A stretch of DNA of 63,960 bases, counting the filler, from Dimorphilus gyrociliatus (Eukaryota > Animalia > Annelida): the NCBI GenBank assembly GCA_904063045.1. It is 5 parts of 5 records of this genome, joined end to end, with 100 filler letters (N's around TTAATTAATTAA, not from the genome) between each part and the next. Parts side by side here need not be neighbours in the genome. Positions count along the whole stretch, not along the records: positions 61,223 to 63,960 come from CAJFCJ010000267.1; 4 more parts are not named here. One strand, written 5' to 3'. Positions 61,326-63,960 of the stretch are shown in pieces. Positions within the stretch are counted from its first letter, which is position 1. Each line of letters starts with the position of its first letter. A program made the translations under genes and the position numbers. The notes beneath the pieces are model-generated. The model was given only the letters and a program-made list of their open reading frames with translations, was not told where the DNA came from and made no database searches.

Positions 61326-61790
61326 TGTACTTTTTTGTACCGTGATCATTGGGGTCGAAGGTTCGTCCCATGTATATTCTCCCTTTCCAATCATATAGTC
61401 AGTCTGCCAAAGTACTGGTTGTATAATTAACTGATCAAAGATTCGTCCGCGAGAAGTCGTGGTAAAAGAACTTTACAAAACGTTCATCCAATAATTATGT
61501 ATTGAATATAATGAGCAAGCAGTTAGTTAGACTATGCTAATGGTTAGAAAACTGAGCCAGTGCTAATAATAACTGAGCTGTCAACTGTTGGATACATATG
61601 GTTGACTGTTCAGACAAGCATATATTTTAGACAAATAAATGTAACGATTATCACATTCAGAAAGTTCTAAATTTGGATCAGCATTCAGACTTTTCCTTTT
61701 CTTTTCCGAGTCACGGTCAAGAATTCTTTATCCTTTGGTGTCTTGCATAACTTGTAACAATTTTGACATGCATTTTTATATTGGACAGTG
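61326..61790 (-). repeat. Family A, divergent subfamily copy
   Basis: ATG at 61394 encodes MIGKGEYTWDEPSTPMITVQKST, ending aaaagtaca at 61326. Distal tttgacatgcatttt matches ~57796. Confidence 0.7.
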
Positions 61791-63547
61791 TCCAATATTC
61801 TAAAAATGGTAAAAGTTCAGCATTGGCCGTTTTTAAATACTCCATTTGAAAAATGACGTTTGTCCAAAACAATTCACAAATATAATATAAGATACAGCAA
61901 ACCTGTTAGTTAACTTAAACACCGTATTTTAATATATAACATATGTTTGTTAGCATGACAACACAGCAACAGAGGTAATAATTGTATCATTTTAATAAAT
62001 GGTTTATGTTCATTTAATATGTTGTTTTTATAATAACTAAGATACCAAACTATTACAAACTAAATATATAAGGCGGTTACTACCGTGCATAAACTATACA
62101 CAAGGCACAATACTAAGTTAATATTGCTATTGTGTTGTTCAGCAGCTCGTGACGGTACGAGTGCACTGGGCGTCTCCTATGACCGAACAATAGCGTATTG
62201 TTGTACACTCGTCATTGTTGTGCTACTCTAAGGAAAACTATACGAATGTGTACAATCATATAAAACTAGATAAAATTTCCTACAAGATGGATATATTACT
62301 TATGTAAAAAAAAAATAAAAAAAAAATAAGTTCATTGTCCTTCAAATTAATGCTTAAAAAAACGGGGTATGGAAAATTTCTTTGAGCACTCTATATGTAT
62401 GTATGTATAAACAGCTCAAAAATAGAAATTCAAATATTTAAATGTGACATAATAGGCCTATATTGTCATCATTAGTTGAAAATGCAATAATTAGTTAGCT
62501 GTTACTGTTCTATAATTGTGTTTAGTCAGAGAAAATCTGACAAGTTTCTTTTGGACATAATTAAAAAACTAGAATCCTTTTAGCTGTGTTTTGCATACAT
62601 ATGCAAGGGGCCTTGTTGACTGATTGCCAATAGAAACTGACATAATTATACAATGGCAATATTAATCTGGTGTTGTGAGTAATTTATAGTGCTACTGTAT
62701 AAATATTTCTATCATCACTTGGATGAATTTCTTTTGGTTTTATCTAAATCAATCACTTTGGTGATTGTGAATAAATAATTGTTAAGGAGGAATATAACTG
62801 ACATTCATTTCCAAACATTTTTCAACAAAGTAAACAAGAATATAAAATAATTAAATATCAATAGACTTTTAAGTTTAGTTTAAGGTTATGCTTTTATAGG
62901 TAGGATTATCTCATATGTCATTCACCTATATTTTCTCTGTCCTACTTCTCTGACAATAATAGATATAACTTAAACAATAGTCTACAAAATAAATGTGATA
63001 TTTGACCTGTAAAAGAGCTGGCTTAAAAGATTTTTTTATATTTCAAAACTTAATGATCAATTCAATATTAATCCTAATCTTATAAATAGATTTTTACTCT
63101 TAAGGTAAATAGCCTGCTTATCCTTCCAAACCTTTGTATTGAATACTATTCATTCCCTTTTGTTATATGAGTAAAAGAGAGAACTAAATATTTGTCCATT
63201 TTTTAGTGCAGAACAAATTTATTACTCTTTCTTGTATATGAGAACAATTGCAGAATTAAAAATTAGATATAATAGGAAAGTATATTTAAAAATTACTCAA
63301 CTGCTTTTAATGGCCAAAATATCTTCTTGTCATATTATAAAATTTTCATTTAAAAAATTGATGTTCGTTTTAATTTTTCTGTTGTAAAACAAGGTCAAAA
63401 ATAAATATACACAAAGGGAAAAAATCATTGATCTTAAAAGATAAGATTTACAATACAATACTATTTTAGTGTATTAAGCTCTGGTAGAAAATATTTTTTT
63501 TGTTTTTTTTTGTTAAGAACAGCCACAATTGAAAAGAAAAAAAATGT

Positions 63548-63720
63548 TGTACTGCCTTCCTTGAATATAGGTTAAAGCCTAGTGGTTAAAACAGTGGTTA
63601 AAACAGTGGTTAAAACAGTGGTTAAAACAGTACTGTTTCTACTCGAACCTTTAAACAAAATGTTTCAACTTTGAGAGGTTTATTCAAATTAGATACTTAA
63701 GCAGATAGTAAGAGAGTTCA
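63548..63720 (-). repeat. Family B 3' fragment with an internal 12-bp tandem (agtggttaaaac x4, 63581-63628)
   Basis: tgtactgc end and ttctactcgaacctttaaac match the reverse complement of the family B end. Confidence 0.65.
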
Positions 63721-63960
63721 ATAGAATATTGTAGTGAGGAGAAGCACTTTATGCCAGTTTACCAAGTCGCGATTTAGTAACAGAACAGGGTTGATTCTGA
63801 CCAGTCCAATAGGGAGTTGTCCTTTTCCAAATGGTCTTTTCATTGTTGTTCCAAGTAGTTATGCTGAGTTGTGCTCGGTAGGAGATGGATAGTTTGTATG
63901 AAATTCTATGAGTTTATATATACTTTGGTTGGTTTGTCTCATCCAATCATCACTTTGCTG

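Noticed and set aside
61290-61395. DWKGRIY resembling the T7-type RNA polymerase DWRGRVY motif
   Set aside because: Substitution patterns favour the MIGK frame here, and no other polymerase motifs are present.
1-63960. rRNA, tRNA or snRNA genes
   Set aside because: No cloverleaf, rRNA-like or snRNA motifs recognised by eye; cmscan or tRNAscan-SE would be decisive.

Overview
AT-rich eukaryotic (invertebrate, probably lophotrochozoan) genomic DNA with short GT-AG introns. The gene repertoire is reminiscent of compact annelid genomes such as Dimorphilus, which is inference only. The window is five separate contigs joined by artificial 100-nt linkers (N44-TTAATTAATTAA-N44) at 26071, 40170, 51280 and 61123, so adjacency across linkers is not biological. 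Genes: five LDLa-LRR-7TM (LGR/GRL101-like) receptor loci or fragments, including a head-to-head pair of giant multidomain receptors that share a near-identical 1579-bp tract; a spliced secreted beta-lactamase-family hydrolase; a claudin-like gene; a Cys-rich secreted peptide precursor; a 749-aa orphan secreted protein with three repeats; a Caspr-like fibrinogen-related protein; an RNI-type LRR protein; two rhodopsin GPCRs; and several decayed lectin/C1q/ENaC genes. Repeats and mobile DNA: a PHD/FLYWCH MULE transposon with related MITEs (9-bp TSDs), Tc1, Gypsy gag-pro and BEL/Pao remnants, a 202-bp x9 tandem array, and an unclassified dispersed repeat whose copies share an AGTACA end lying 69 nt from a conserved ATG. 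No rRNA, tRNA or CRISPR array was recognised.
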